Shown here one piece after another: positions 17,449 through 27,984 of a DNA stretch of 64,000 nucleotides; positions within the stretch are counted from its first letter, which is position 1; each line of letters starts with the position of its first letter. Under the pieces are notes generated by a model. The model was not told where the DNA came from. It searched no databases and worked only from the letters and a program-made list of their open reading frames with translations. This DNA comes from a bacterium (GTDB lineage Bacteria; UBA8248), in contig CBDBBI010000010.1 in NCBI GenBank assembly GCA_965202625.1, positions 1,184,001-1,248,000 of the forward strand, read 5' to 3'. The position numbers were made by a program, and so were the translations under genes.

Positions 17449-20073
17449 TTGCTCGAACCCCGTTACGACCCGAAAAGGGTTGAAGATCACTGGTATCGCG
17501 AATGGCTAAGGCGCGGATATTTCCGCGGCGTCCCCCGTGAGGACCAACACCCCTATTCCATCGTCATTCCGCCGCCCAACGTGACGGGCTCTCTTCACAT
17601 GGGCCACGCCCTGAACAACACCTTGCAAGACGTTCTCGTGCGCTGGAAGCGCATGAGCGGTTTCAGCGTTTGTTGGATGCCGGGCACTGACCATGCGGGC
17701 ATCGCCACCCAGAACGTTGTGGAGCGTCAGCTCACAGAGGAGAATCTCTCCCGAGAATCCTTGGGTCGCGAGAAATTCATCGAGCGCGTCTGGGACTGGA
17801 AGGCGGAGAGCGGCGGTGCCATCATTCACCAGCTCCATCGACTGGGCGCCTCGTGCGACTGGGAACGCGAGCGCTTCACCATGGACGAGGGACTCTCGCG
17901 CGCCGTGCGCGAAGCCTTCGTGAGGCTGTATGAGGAAGGGCTGATCTACCGCGGCGATTATCTCGTGAACTGGTGCCCGAGATGCGAGACGGCCGTTTCC
18001 GACCTGGAAGTCGAGCACGAAGAACAGGACGGTCATCTATGGAAATTCCACTATCCACTTTGGGATGGCCGGGATGGCGTCACCATCGCGACGACGCGCC
18101 CCGAGACCATGCTCGGCGACACAGCCGTGGCCGTTCATCCGGACGATGAGAGATACAAGCATATGGTGGGCGAAAATCTGCGCCTCCCGCTTCTGGACAG
18201 AAAAATTCCCCTTATCGCGGATTCCTTCGTGGACGCCAACTTCGGCTCCGGCGCAGTGAAGGTCACTCCGGCGCACGATCCAAGCGATTTTGAGGCTGCT
18301 CTCAGAAACGAACTCCCGCAGATCAACATCCTCACGCCGGATGCCAAAATCAACGAAAACGGAGGGCCTTACGCGGGTTTGGACAGGTTCGAAGCGCGCG
18401 ACCACATCGTCGAGCACATGGCGGAGCGAGGGTTGATGAGAGGGGTGGAAAACCATCGTCACGCCGTGGGCGGATGCTACCGCTGCGGCGCCGTGGTGGA
18501 GCCGTATCTCTCGAAGCAATGGTTCGTGCGCACGAAACCGCTGGCGGAGGAATCTATTCGCGCCGTGGAGGATGGACGCATCAAAATCGTTCCCAAACAA
18601 TGGGAGACTACTTATTTTGAATGGATGCGCAACATCCGCGACTGGTGTATCAGCCGTCAGATTTGGTGGGGTCACCAGATACCCGCTTGGCACAACGACG
18701 ATACCGGAGAGGTTATCGTCTCGCGCGAGGACATCGAAGATCGGAACCTCAGGCGCGAGACTGATGTGCTCGACACCTGGTTCAGCTCCGCCCTCTGGCC
18801 TTTTTCGACCTTCGGATGGCCGGATGCCAACCCTGACCTGAAATACTTTTACCCGACGTCTGTCCTTGTTACCGGGTTCGACATCATCTTCTTCTGGGTG
18901 GCGAGGATGATCATGACGGGACTCAAGTTTATGGACGACGTTCCCTTCCGAGACGTCTACATTCACGCCCTGGTGCGAGACGAACACGGGCAAAAAATGA
19001 GCAAGACGCGGGGAAACATCATCGATCCCTTAGAGATCATAGAGGAATTCGGAACGGACGCGCTCAGGTTCACGCTCACCGCCATGGCGGCCCAGGGACG
19101 CGACATTCGCCTGTCCGCGGAGCGCATTGCCGGATACCGGAATTTCTGCAACAAAATCTGGAACGCGGCCCGCTTCACCCTGATGAATCTGGGCGATCGC
19201 GTTCCGCTCATGCCCGAAAGAGAGGCACTATGCCTTGGAGACAGATGGATATTGAGCCGTCTGAACCGCCTCACGCGAGAGGTGGAGAAGGCGCTAGAGG
19301 AATACCGATTCAACGACGCTGCACTGGTGCTCTACCAGTTCACGTGGCATGAGCTGTGCGATTGGTACCTCGAAGTGGTCAAAGCCGTCCTCGACTCGGA
19401 GGATCGCGGCGACGTCAGTCGCGCGGTCCTCGCCGAGGTTCTGGAACGTACGCTTCGCCTCCTCCACCCGATCATCCCCTTCATCACCGAGGAAATATGG
19501 CAAAAACTTCCGAATCGCGTTGGGGAAAGCGTCATGGTGACCGAATGGCCGAAATGCGAAGACGATTGGGACGACCCCGAGGCAGAGGAGGAATTCGGCG
19601 CCTTGATGGACATGATTGGCGCTGTGAGGAACGTTCGGGGAGAGTTGAACATCTCGCCCAATAAGGAAGTGGAGGCGCATATTCAGGTCAGCGACCCGGA
19701 GAAAGAGTTACTCATCATTCGAGAGTCCGAATGGATAAGAAGCCTGGCGAGAATCTCGCCTGATTGGAAGGTCGGCCCCAACGTGAAACGGCCCAGGGCG
19801 TCAGCCGCCGCCGTTTCCGGCAGCCTTCAAGTGTTCGTCCCCATCAGTGGACTCATTGGCAATCCGGAAGAAGAAGTCAAACGTCTCAACAAACAAATCC
19901 TGGACGCAAACGACACCGTATCAACCCTTGAGAGAAAACTCGCCAATACCTCCTTCATAGAACGCGCGCCCGCCAAAATCGTGGAAAAAGACAAAACCCG
20001 TTTGCGTGAGGCCCAAGATCGCGTGAGCAAACTCCGCGAGAGTGCAGACCGCATATCAGAACTTCAAACCTAG
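17449..20073 (+). CDS. valS: Valine--tRNA ligase
   Basis: PPPNVTGSLHMGH, DWCISRQIWWGH and KMSKT motifs, with a C-terminal coiled coil. Confidence 0.98.
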   Translation: MLEPRYDPKRVEDHWYREWLRRGYFRGVPREDQHPYSIVIPPPNVTGSLHMGHALNNTLQDVLVRWKRMSGFSVCWMPGTDHAGIATQNVVERQLTEENLSRESLGREKFIERVWDWKAESGGAIIHQLHRLGASCDWERERFTMDEGLSRAVREAFVRLYEEGLIYRGDYLVNWCPRCETAVSDLEVEHEEQDGHLWKFHYPLWDGRDGVTIATTRPETMLGDTAVAVHPDDERYKHMVGENLRLPLLDRKIPLIADSFVDANFGSGAVKVTPAHDPSDFEAALRNELPQINILTPDAKINENGGPYAGLDRFEARDHIVEHMAERGLMRGVENHRHAVGGCYRCGAVVEPYLSKQWFVRTKPLAEESIRAVEDGRIKIVPKQWETTYFEWMRNIRDWCISRQIWWGHQIPAWHNDDTGEVIVSREDIEDRNLRRETDVLDTWFSSALWPFSTFGWPDANPDLKYFYPTSVLVTGFDIIFFWVARMIMTGLKFMDDVPFRDVYIHALVRDEHGQKMSKTRGNIIDPLEIIEEFGTDALRFTLTAMAAQGRDIRLSAERIAGYRNFCNKIWNAARFTLMNLGDRVPLMPEREALCLGDRWILSRLNRLTREVEKALEEYRFNDAALVLYQFTWHELCDWYLEVVKAVLDSEDRGDVSRAVLAEVLERTLRLLHPIIPFITEEIWQKLPNRVGESVMVTEWPKCEDDWDDPEAEEEFGALMDMIGAVRNVRGELNISPNKEVEAHIQVSDPEKELLIIRESEWIRSLARISPDWKVGPNVKRPRASAAAVSGSLQVFVPISGLIGNPEEEVKRLNKQILDANDTVSTLERKLANTSFIERAPAKIVEKDKTRLREAQDRVSKLRESADRISELQT

Positions 20074-20841
20074 ATGCGCCCTACCCGCGCGCGCCGGGAG
20101 GGACTGAACTGGCGCATCGAAACGATCCTGGAGACGACCTCCACCAACGATTTGATTTTGCGCAGGGCGCGAGAAGACGAGGCCGAGGGTCTCGTCATAC
20201 GAGCGATATCCCAGACCAGGGGTAAAGGAAGACGGGGTCGCTCCTGGTTTTCTCCCCCAGGAGAGGGGTTGTATTTCTCAATGTTGCTTCGCCCAAATCG
20301 CAACGCCGAAACCCTATCCGCCGTGACGCTCGTCGCCGGCGTGGGCGTTGCAGAGGGGTTAAGAGAAGCGACGGGCTGTCCCGTCATGCTGAAATGGCCG
20401 AACGATTTGAGGGCGCGAGGAAAAAAAATCGGTGGAATCTTGTGTGAGTTCACCTCTATTCCAGGCGCGCACCCCTCCATCGTCGCAGGCGTGGGGATCA
20501 ATCTCACGACGAGGGAAATCGACTTTCCGCCCGAGCTGCGCGCCCTCGCCTCCTCCATCCTTCTATCGGGAGGGAGGACACCCGACGCGGAGAATCTGCT
20601 CTCCCTCCTTCTGGACCACGTCGCTTTCTGGTACAAGAAATATGTATCAAGCGGCTTTGGCGCCGTTCAAACTCGCTGGCTTCATCTGTGCGATCATCTA
20701 GGTCAGAGAACGTCCGTTCGCGGCGCGGACGAGAAGATCGACGGAACAACCAAGGGCATTGACGAGGCGGGCCGCCTGTTGATCGAGCGCGCCGATGGGT
20801 CAATCGAGAGAATAGTCTTCGGCGAGCTGGAACTCCCATGA
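20074..20841 (+). CDS. birA: Biotin--[acetyl-CoA carboxylase] ligase (no N-terminal HTH)
   Basis: STND, QTRGKGRRGRSW, LKWPND and KIGGIL motifs. Confidence 0.95.
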   Translation: MRPTRARREGLNWRIETILETTSTNDLILRRAREDEAEGLVIRAISQTRGKGRRGRSWFSPPGEGLYFSMLLRPNRNAETLSAVTLVAGVGVAEGLREATGCPVMLKWPNDLRARGKKIGGILCEFTSIPGAHPSIVAGVGINLTTREIDFPPELRALASSILLSGGRTPDAENLLSLLLDHVAFWYKKYVSSGFGAVQTRWLHLCDHLGQRTSVRGADEKIDGTTKGIDEAGRLLIERADGSIERIVFGELELP

Positions 20842-21617
20842 GCGAAGATTCCCTCCTGCTGGCCATTGACGTGGGCAACACGCAAACCGTAGTGGGGCTT
20901 TTCGACGAGGAGGCGTTAATCGCTAGCTGGAGGCTCGGCTCCGTGGCCCGCCGCACAACGGATGAGTTGGCCATCCTCATGGAGGGCCTGTTCCGTGTCG
21001 GGGAGCACCAGATCTCGGATGTGGCTCGCGTGGTCATCGCAAGCGTCGTTCCACCCTTGGGGCCAACCCTAGAGGAGATGGCAAAACGCTATTTCGGCGC
21101 GAAGCCACTGGTCATCGGCCCAGGAACGCGTACGGGAATAGCGATTAAATACGAGAATCCTAACGAGGTGGGCGCGGACCGAATCGTCAACACCGTCGCC
21201 GGCCACCACCTATACGGTGGGCCTTTGATTATCGCGGACTTTGGAACGGCCATCACCTTCGACGCAGTATCCTCCGACGGAGAATACCTAGGCGGGGCCA
21301 TCGCGCCCGGACTAGGTATCGCACTAGAGGCGCTCATCGACAAAACGGCCCGGCTTCCCAGGGTCGAAGCCGCCGTCCCCCCCTCAGTCATCGGGAGAAA
21401 CACGGTCCACAGCATTCAATCCGGTATCGCGTACGGGTATCAAGGACTGGTAAGGGAAATCGTCAATCGCATGAAAGCCGAACTCGGAAAAGAGACGAAA
21501 GTGATCGCAACGGGCGGGCAAAGCTTGGGTTTTGATGCGAGAGGGGAGGTTTTCGATGTGGTCAACCCCGACCTGACCCTTTTCGGGCTTCGCCTGCTCG
21601 CCGCGCGAAATATGTGA
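20838..21617 (+). CDS. coaX: Type III pantothenate kinase
   Basis: AIDVGNT, VGADR, DFGTAITFD, GGAIAPG and ATGG motifs. Confidence 0.96.
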   Translation: MSEDSLLLAIDVGNTQTVVGLFDEEALIASWRLGSVARRTTDELAILMEGLFRVGEHQISDVARVVIASVVPPLGPTLEEMAKRYFGAKPLVIGPGTRTGIAIKYENPNEVGADRIVNTVAGHHLYGGPLIIADFGTAITFDAVSSDGEYLGGAIAPGLGIALEALIDKTARLPRVEAAVPPSVIGRNTVHSIQSGIAYGYQGLVREIVNRMKAELGKETKVIATGGQSLGFDARGEVFDVVNPDLTLFGLRLLAARNM

Positions 21618-21808
21618 GGCGAGCGCGAGCGCGCCCACTCAAAAGTCCGCTATCCTGGATATTCTGTGGTCTCCTTTCCGTCGTATGAAAGAGCGAGGGG
21701 ACATCCAGCATGGTGTCCATCGGCGACAAAAAGGGAGAAGACATCGACGCACTCCTCCTGCCTTTGGCGCACTCCGCCAAAAAACCACCACCATTCCACA
21801 CAAACAGC

Positions 21809-22168
21809 CTATTGAAACGCATCGCACAACAGTTTTTTGACTTTCGGCCCCTCTCCCGCCTCCGCTTCGAGCAGCACAACGTCGAAGCGGCAAGCAGAAT
21901 TCAGTTCCTGCGGGTGGGCTATCAGATAGTGTTGCGCAGCTTGGGTGATTCTTCGCTGTTTTTCCCAATTGACGGCCTCCGCGCCGCTTGGGGACTGCCC
22001 CGTCGAGCGGGTCTTCACCTCAATGAACGACAGAATCTCGCCATCGCGCGCGATGATGTCCACCTCATAGCGCGCGCCGCGATAATTTCGCTCCAGGATC
22101 TCGTATCCACGGCGGCGCAAGAATTTAACGGCCGCATCCTCTCCGAGTTTTCCGCTCGCCCGGCTCAC
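21809..22168 (-). CDS. YraN family putative endonuclease
   Basis: GEDAAVKFL, GYEILERNYR, EVDIIA, FIEVKTR and RFDVV motifs. GTG start near 22168. Confidence 0.92.
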   Translation of the reverse strand: MSRASGKLGEDAAVKFLRRRGYEILERNYRGARYEVDIIARDGEILSFIEVKTRSTGQSPSGAEAVNWEKQRRITQAAQHYLIAHPQELNSACRFDVVLLEAEAGEGPKVKKLLCDAFQ

Positions 22169-22175
22169 GACGTCC

Positions 22176-22778
22176 TCACGTCCCGGCCCCCGCCGGCACT
22201 CCCCTGAAGGTTCGCCGATGAATGCGACAGGGGCCGCGTCTTCCCAGAGCAGCGAGATGTTCCCGCGTGGGGTATCCCTTGTGCTTGCTGAATCCATAAC
22301 CGGGAAAGCGCGCGTCCATCCGCGCCATCACCCGATCTCGATACACCTTGGCGACCACGCTTGCCGCCGCGATGCAGGCGCACCGCGCATCCCCCTTCAC
22401 TAGGGGAGTTTGCGGCAGCGACGCCGGAATTTTTTTGTTTCCATCAACGAGGACGTGGGCGGGCGCGAGCGGCAGCCTTTCGACGGCAGTCGCCATCGCG
22501 CGCAACGAGGCTTGCAGGATGTTGATTCGTTCGATCTCTCGCGGGCCGACCGCCGCTAGGGCGACGGCACGCGCCTTGGCAAGAATTTCGTGTAACAGAG
22601 CCTCCCTATCGGATGGGGACAGCTTTTTACTATCATCCAACCCACGTAGCGGATTCTCCGGGTCGAGCACCACGGCAGCGGCCACGACCGGACCCGCTAG
22701 GGGGCCGCGCCCGGCCTCATCTACACCCGCGACGCTCGAGGCACCCTCATTTGAGAGCGCAATCTCTATCGAATACAT
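22176..22778 (-). CDS. rnhB: Ribonuclease HII
   Basis: GVDEAGRGPLAGPV, DDSKKL, VDGN, IAAASVVAKV and HKGYPT motifs. Confidence 0.97.
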   Translation of the reverse strand: MYSIEIALSNEGASSVAGVDEAGRGPLAGPVVAAAVVLDPENPLRGLDDSKKLSPSDREALLHEILAKARAVALAAVGPREIERINILQASLRAMATAVERLPLAPAHVLVDGNKKIPASLPQTPLVKGDARCACIAAASVVAKVYRDRVMARMDARFPGYGFSKHKGYPTREHLAALGRRGPCRIHRRTFRGVPAGAGT

Positions 22779-22916
22779 GAAAAACCCTAAGGGGTGATGG
22801 ACTTTCCTAATATAGCGATATATCCGGAAGTTCTCAATGGGAGGCGCCGCCATCCGACTTGGGAAATGAATGAGAATTTGAGAAGATAGGGGATTCCTTA
22901 AACTGGAGAAAATACG

Positions 22917-23906
22917 TTGGCCAGAACCAGGATATTTCGCAAAGATCACCTCATTGATTCCCACGACGAAGGCGTCAAGCTGCACCTGAGGGAGAAAAAG
23001 CCCCGCGGAATGGAAAAAACGCAAACCGCGACCACCTTGCTCATGGTCCACGGGCAAAGCACTCCGTCTCCGGTCGCTTTCGACCTCCCGCTTCGGGGCT
23101 ACTCTTGGATGGATTTCGTCGCCAGCCGGGGGTTTCACGTCTACGCCCTCTCCATTCGAGGGTACGGCCCTTCTACGCGACCCCCCGAAATGCGGACAAG
23201 CCCCGCCAACCAGCCTCCTGCTGTGAGAGGACTCACTGCGGTGCGGGACATTGACGCCGCAGTGCGGTTCATTTGCGAGGAAAACGCCATCACGAAGCTA
23301 AACCTCCTCGGCTGGTCATGGGGCACCACGACCACAGCCGCCTTCACCGCCGCAAAACAGTCTCGCGTCCGCCGCCTTGCGCTTTACGCCCCGTTTTATG
23401 CGTATGACGACCCCAAGGCGGCTGTGCTTTGGGAAGACCCCGCGCGGCCCGGTCGCTGGAACCCTCGAAGCGGAGCCTGGCGTTGGGTCACGGAAAACTA
23501 CCAGAGAGAGCGCTGGGACGGGAGCATCCCCAAGGGGCGACACGCAAAATGGAGAACCGAGAGGGCGATCAAGCGATTTTGGGCGGAACAACTGAAGTTC
23601 GACGCAGAAGGCAGACACAGAAAAATTCCCGCTGTCCGCGTCCCCAATGGCGCGATGGCGGACGCCTATGATCGCGCGCGGAACAAACCCCTCTATGACG
23701 CCCGCAAAATCACCTGTCCAGTCTTGACCATCCGGGGAGACCACGACCGAAGCTCCACCGACCCCATATTCGCCGGCGTGTATCGCGCGCTGATAAACAG
23801 CCGGGGCAAACGCTCCGTGGTCTTGGGAGACGCCACGCATTTCGCCCAGTATGAATGGAGCCGCGATGCTTTATATGGCGAGGTACAGAATTTCCTGGAG
23901 GGCTAG
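22917..23906 (+). CDS. Alpha/beta-fold hydrolase
   Basis: VHG oxyanion motif, RGYGPS, GWSWG nucleophile elbow, GDHD and ATHF. Confidence 0.88.
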   Translation: MARTRIFRKDHLIDSHDEGVKLHLREKKPRGMEKTQTATTLLMVHGQSTPSPVAFDLPLRGYSWMDFVASRGFHVYALSIRGYGPSTRPPEMRTSPANQPPAVRGLTAVRDIDAAVRFICEENAITKLNLLGWSWGTTTTAAFTAAKQSRVRRLALYAPFYAYDDPKAAVLWEDPARPGRWNPRSGAWRWVTENYQRERWDGSIPKGRHAKWRTERAIKRFWAEQLKFDAEGRHRKIPAVRVPNGAMADAYDRARNKPLYDARKITCPVLTIRGDHDRSSTDPIFAGVYRALINSRGKRSVVLGDATHFAQYEWSRDALYGEVQNFLEG

Positions 23907-23937
23907 GCGGAGGAAAGGAAAAACCCGCTCGCGCCTC

Positions 23938-24321
23938 TTAGGGCGACGATTTCGCCGCCTTCTTCGCCTTCTTACCTTCTGCGCGGCGTTCTTTCACCTG
24001 GGCCGCCTTGCCCTTGCGCTCTCGTAAGTAGTAGAGCTTCGCACGACGCACGCGACCCTTGCGGGTGACCTCTATTTTGTCGATCCTCGGCGAATGCACC
24101 GGAAATATACGCTCTACACCAATTCCATACGAGATCTTGCGAACGCGAAATCTCTCGCGCAACCCGCCGCCCTGCCTTCCGATGACGACACCCTCGAACA
24201 CCTGAACACGCTCCTTCTCACCCTCCACAATTTTTACGTGAACGCGCACCCTGTCACCCGGGTCAAACTGGGAGACGTCCTTGCGCATGCCTTCGCGCTC
24301 AATCTTGTCGACAATGTTCAC
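23938..24321 (-). CDS. rplS: 50S ribosomal protein L19
   Basis: [20 protein letters not shown] and [10 protein letters not shown] motifs. GTG start after AAGGGAG. Confidence 0.97.
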   Translation of the reverse strand: MNIVDKIEREGMRKDVSQFDPGDRVRVHVKIVEGEKERVQVFEGVVIGRQGGGLRERFRVRKISYGIGVERIFPVHSPRIDKIEVTRKGRVRRAKLYYLRERKGKAAQVKERRAEGKKAKKAAKSSP

Positions 24322-24361
24322 CCGCTCGCTCCCTTTCCGGAAAATGCCAGCATAATACCCG

Positions 24362-24933
24362 TCTCTCACCCAGAATGCGATCCACGACAACCGCCGCCGC
24401 GCATCAAACCGACAGATGGTTGAACCCCATATCCGTTTCCGCCCACACGGGCGTCAATATCATGTCCGACATCTTAAAAACCTCCTCCGCCAAGCCCCAG
24501 CCCGTGCCGAACAAGATGACGATCGGGGTTTCCGCCCCCTTGACTTCACGGATGGCATGATCATATATAATGGCCTGCCACGTTCGCCTGGACGTCGTCA
24601 CTGCGCATAGCGGCCTTCGAGACTCCTTCAGTTCGACTGCCTCGGCAAGCGCGTCCAAAGAGCGCAAAACCGCCAGAAACTCGAGCGTCTCGCCTCTTTG
24701 AGGGCGCAACTTACGGCCCGGACCCTCCACGAAATGGGCTATCACCCGGCGGACAAAAGCCCGCTGGGCAGCGCATTAATAGATTAATGTATCACAAATA
24801 CGCCCGATACGCCATAGGGGCGGCCCACGCGGGAGAGGTCGTGCAAATCCAGGCTCCTGACGGAGGAGGTCACGAAGCGATCCACACGATCGAGGACAGG
24901 ATAATGAATCAGCGCGAGATAGACGTTGCCCAA
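24362..24933 (-). pseudogene. trmD-associated SPOUT RNA methyltransferase pseudogene
   Basis: MGNVYLALIHYPVLDR...LDLHDLSR stops at TAA (24784-24786). After a frameshift comes LFGTGWGL...[19 protein letters not shown], where the family motif is NHLSVR. Confidence 0.82.
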
Positions 24934-24953
24934 CGTCTGGCTTCCTCCCTGGG

Positions 24954-25676
24954 CTAGAGCGATTCCAACAAGTGCAAATCCTCATCGCTCAATTCGACCC
25001 GCGCCAGGAGATCGCCTCGTCTTTCCCGCGTTCTTTTGAGTGCCTCCCCTCTCCTCCAAAGCCGGATGGCCTCATGATCGCCGGACAAAAGCACATCCGG
25101 CGCGCGGATTTCCTCGAACTCCGCCGGTCGTGTGTAGTGTGGATGATCGAGCAGGCGATCGGCGAAGCTGTCCTGGGCGGCTGAAGCGTCGTTGCCCAAA
25201 ACACCGGGGAGGAGCCTGCCGACAGCGTCCATGACAACCATGGACGGAATCTCCCCGCCCGATAGAACGTAATCTCCGATGGAAATTTCCTCATCCACGC
25301 ACAATTCACTCACCCTCTCATCCACACCCTCATATCGACCGCAGATGAGAAGCAGACTGGATGCCTTCGAGAACCTGAGGGCGGTTTTTTGATCGAACAA
25401 ACGCCCTTGGGGACTGAACAGGACTTTCAGCGGCTCGGCTTCCGCCTCCTCTCGAATCGCCTGAACTCCTCTGAATATCGGCTCGGGCTTCATGACCATG
25501 CCCACCCCGCCGCCAAACGGGGCATCGTCAGTTTGCCGATATTTTCCCTTGGCGAAATCTCGCAGGTTCCAGACCTTGAGCTCCAAAAGACCCGTGCGCA
25601 TCGCGCGTCCCACGACGCCCTCCCTAAACGCCTCCTCCACCATATGCGGGAGCACGGAAAGAACATCGATGCGCAT
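24954..25676 (-). CDS. trmD: tRNA (guanine37-N1)-methyltransferase
   Basis: DDAPFGGGVGMVMKPEP, CGRYEGVDER and SIGDYVLSGGE motifs. Confidence 0.98.
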   Translation of the reverse strand: MRIDVLSVLPHMVEEAFREGVVGRAMRTGLLELKVWNLRDFAKGKYRQTDDAPFGGGVGMVMKPEPIFRGVQAIREEAEAEPLKVLFSPQGRLFDQKTALRFSKASSLLLICGRYEGVDERVSELCVDEEISIGDYVLSGGEIPSMVVMDAVGRLLPGVLGNDASAAQDSFADRLLDHPHYTRPAEFEEIRAPDVLLSGDHEAIRLWRRGEALKRTRERRGDLLARVELSDEDLHLLESL

Positions 25677-25685
25677 GAAAACCCC

Positions 25686-26180
25686 TCAATCCTCGTCAGC
25701 ACACTTGGGAGGGCGAAAAATCCAGTGCTCATCTTCGCACCTGAGCACGACCTCACGCGTCGCAGGGGCGAGTAACTCCCCTCCCCCGGGTGCGCGTATG
25801 ACAAGGACGTCGTTTCCACCTGCGCCGAACATGTCCACCACCTGGCCGAGAAGGTTCCCCTCCTCGTCCAGGATTTCGCGGCCCTCGAAATCCTCGAAAT
25901 AGAAAACCCCCTTGTTAGGACCATCCAGGAATTTCCTATCCGCCAGGAATATAGTCCCCCTCAGCGATTCAGCATCCTCTGAGGTATCAATTCCCACAAA
26001 CTTCCAGACGATGGCCCCCTTGCCCCCCCGATGGAAAGCCTCTATCCCAAATCTTTTGCATGTCTCCGTCTTGGAGGCCACCTCGCTGATTCGCCCGTAA
26101 ACGTCAACGTCATCAAGCCAAGGCTCTACCCGAACCGCCCCCTTGAGACCGTGCGGCTTCAAACCGATGCCCACGGCCAC
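25686..26180 (-). CDS. rimM: Ribosome maturation factor RimM
   Basis: KPHGLKGAV and GGNDVLV motifs. Located between rpsP and trmD. Confidence 0.9.
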   Translation of the reverse strand: MAVGIGLKPHGLKGAVRVEPWLDDVDVYGRISEVASKTETCKRFGIEAFHRGGKGAIVWKFVGIDTSEDAESLRGTIFLADRKFLDGPNKGVFYFEDFEGREILDEEGNLLGQVVDMFGAGGNDVLVIRAPGGGELLAPATREVVLRCEDEHWIFRPPKCADED

Positions 26181-26202
26181 CGCGTCGGTCCATCGGACGG
26201 CC

Positions 26203-26463
26203 CTAATCGTTGACGTCCGCCTTGCGCCTTGCCGCTTGATCCAGGAGGTTCTTCACCGTCCGGGTAGGAATCGCGCCTTTATCCATCCAGATATTGGCCC
26301 GCTCTAGGTCGATGCTAATAAAGGCCGGATCCTGGGAGGGATCGTAGCGCCCGATGCTCTCAATGAAGCGGCCATCGCGAGGCATGTGCTCATCCTGGAC
26401 GACGACGCGGTAGCGCGGTGCCTTTTTCATGCCGCCCCGGGCAAGTCTGATTTTTACGCTCAA
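26203..26463 (-). CDS. rpsP: 30S ribosomal protein S16
   Basis: VKIRLARGG and PRDGRFIESIGRYDP motifs. Confidence 0.97.
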   Translation of the reverse strand: MSVKIRLARGGMKKAPRYRVVVQDEHMPRDGRFIESIGRYDPSQDPAFISIDLERANIWMDKGAIPTRTVKNLLDQAARRKADVND

Positions 26464-26474
26464 AACATCTCTCC

Positions 26475-27809
26475 TTAAAAGTGAAGCATTTGACGCATTC
26501 TCTGCATCTGTTTTTTCTTGCCACCCTTGGAAAACTGCTTCATTAGCCTCTGCGTTTGTGCGAACTGCTTGAGCAGACGATTCACGTCCTGCACCCGGGT
26601 TCCGCTCCCGGCCGCGATACGCTTTCTGCGGCTGCCCTTGATGATCTCAGGCTTCACCCGCTCAAGGAGCGTCATTGAATCAATGATGGCCACCGTGCGC
26701 GAGATCTCCGCCTCGTCAACGTCCACGTCGGGCATCTTGCTTCTCAGACCCGGGATCATGGACATGACCTCCCCAATGGAACCCATTTTTCTCATCTGAA
26801 CGATCTGCTCTTTCATCGTCTCCAGGGTGAACGCGCCTCCGCCGAGAGATTCGGCCATGGACTTCGCGTCTTCGGCAGAGACGGCGGCTTCCGCCTTCTT
26901 GATAAGGGACACGACGTCCCCCATACCCAGAATGCGTGAGGCCATCCTCTCAGGATGAAAATCCTCCAGCGCGTCGAGCTTCTCCCCCACGCCGACCATC
27001 TTGACGGGCAGGCCCGTCACCGAGCGAAGCGAAAGGGCACTCCCCCCCCTGGCGTCGCCGTCGAGTTTCGTCAGCACGACGCCCGTCACCCCGATGCGTT
27101 CAGAAAACGTCCGTCCGATGTTGACTGCTTCCTGGCCTGTCATGGCGTCGGCCACAAAAAGAACCTCCTCCGGCCGCGCCGCCTCCTTCATCCGCTTCAA
27201 CTCATCCATCAACCCATCATCGACGTGCAGCCTGCCCGCGCTGTCGAGGATGCAATAATCAAAATGCTCCAGTCTGGCTCGCTCGATTGCTCCTTGGACA
27301 ATCTCTACAGGACTCGACGACCCCTTGGCATCAAACGAATCGACGCCGGCCTGCTCAGCCAGCCTATCGAGTTGAGCGATGGCTGCCGGTCGCGCGACGT
27401 CCGCCGATACCAAAAGAACGCGCAACCCCTTGTTCCTCAACTTCAGGGCAACCTTGCCCGCCGTCGTCGTCTTTCCTGAACCCTGGAGGCCGATGAGCAT
27501 CAACGTGGTGACGCCGCGCGCCGCGCGCTCAAGCGGAGCGTTCTTGGTCCCCATGAGTTCCGTCAGACGCTTTTGGACGGCCTTGACGACCTGCTGAGAG
27601 GGGTCAAGGTGGGCCGCGCGCTCCACCCCCACGAGATCTTCTCGAATTTTGGTCGTCAGTTCCTTGGCGACCTTGAAATTCACGTCCGCCTCGAGAAGCG
27701 CCAGGCGAATCTCCCGTAGAGTCGAGTCGACCTGCTTTTCTACCAGAACGCCACGGCTCCTCAAGTCCTTGAAGATCCCGCCCAGGCGCTCTTTCAAACC
27801 ATCGAACAT
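26475..27809 (-). CDS. ffh: Signal recognition particle protein
   Basis: GLQGSGKTT, DSAGR, TKLDGDARGG and RILGMGD motifs, with a Met-rich M domain. Confidence 0.98.
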   Translation of the reverse strand: MFDGLKERLGGIFKDLRSRGVLVEKQVDSTLREIRLALLEADVNFKVAKELTTKIREDLVGVERAAHLDPSQQVVKAVQKRLTELMGTKNAPLERAARGVTTLMLIGLQGSGKTTTAGKVALKLRNKGLRVLLVSADVARPAAIAQLDRLAEQAGVDSFDAKGSSSPVEIVQGAIERARLEHFDYCILDSAGRLHVDDGLMDELKRMKEAARPEEVLFVADAMTGQEAVNIGRTFSERIGVTGVVLTKLDGDARGGSALSLRSVTGLPVKMVGVGEKLDALEDFHPERMASRILGMGDVVSLIKKAEAAVSAEDAKSMAESLGGGAFTLETMKEQIVQMRKMGSIGEVMSMIPGLRSKMPDVDVDEAEISRTVAIIDSMTLLERVKPEIIKGSRRKRIAAGSGTRVQDVNRLLKQFAQTQRLMKQFSKGGKKKQMQRMRQMLHF

Positions 27810-27984
27810 CGCACACCCAACTTTTTCACATTCAATATGTTTTGCGTTCCCGTCCGCAAAGGAGAGCTAATCAGTGAAATTTATAAGGATTTTGTATGAC
27901 GAGTGTCAACCGGGGACAGATTGTTCGGCCATCCCGTTCAAAGGGCGCGGCAGGGCGCAAAACAAGACTTGCGCGCCAAAACGC

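Noticed and set aside
24404-24406. In-frame TGA in the SPOUT methyltransferase as a third Sec codon
   Set aside because: It replaces the Arg of NHLSVR (CGA to TGA), not a Cys, and the gene has other disabling lesions.
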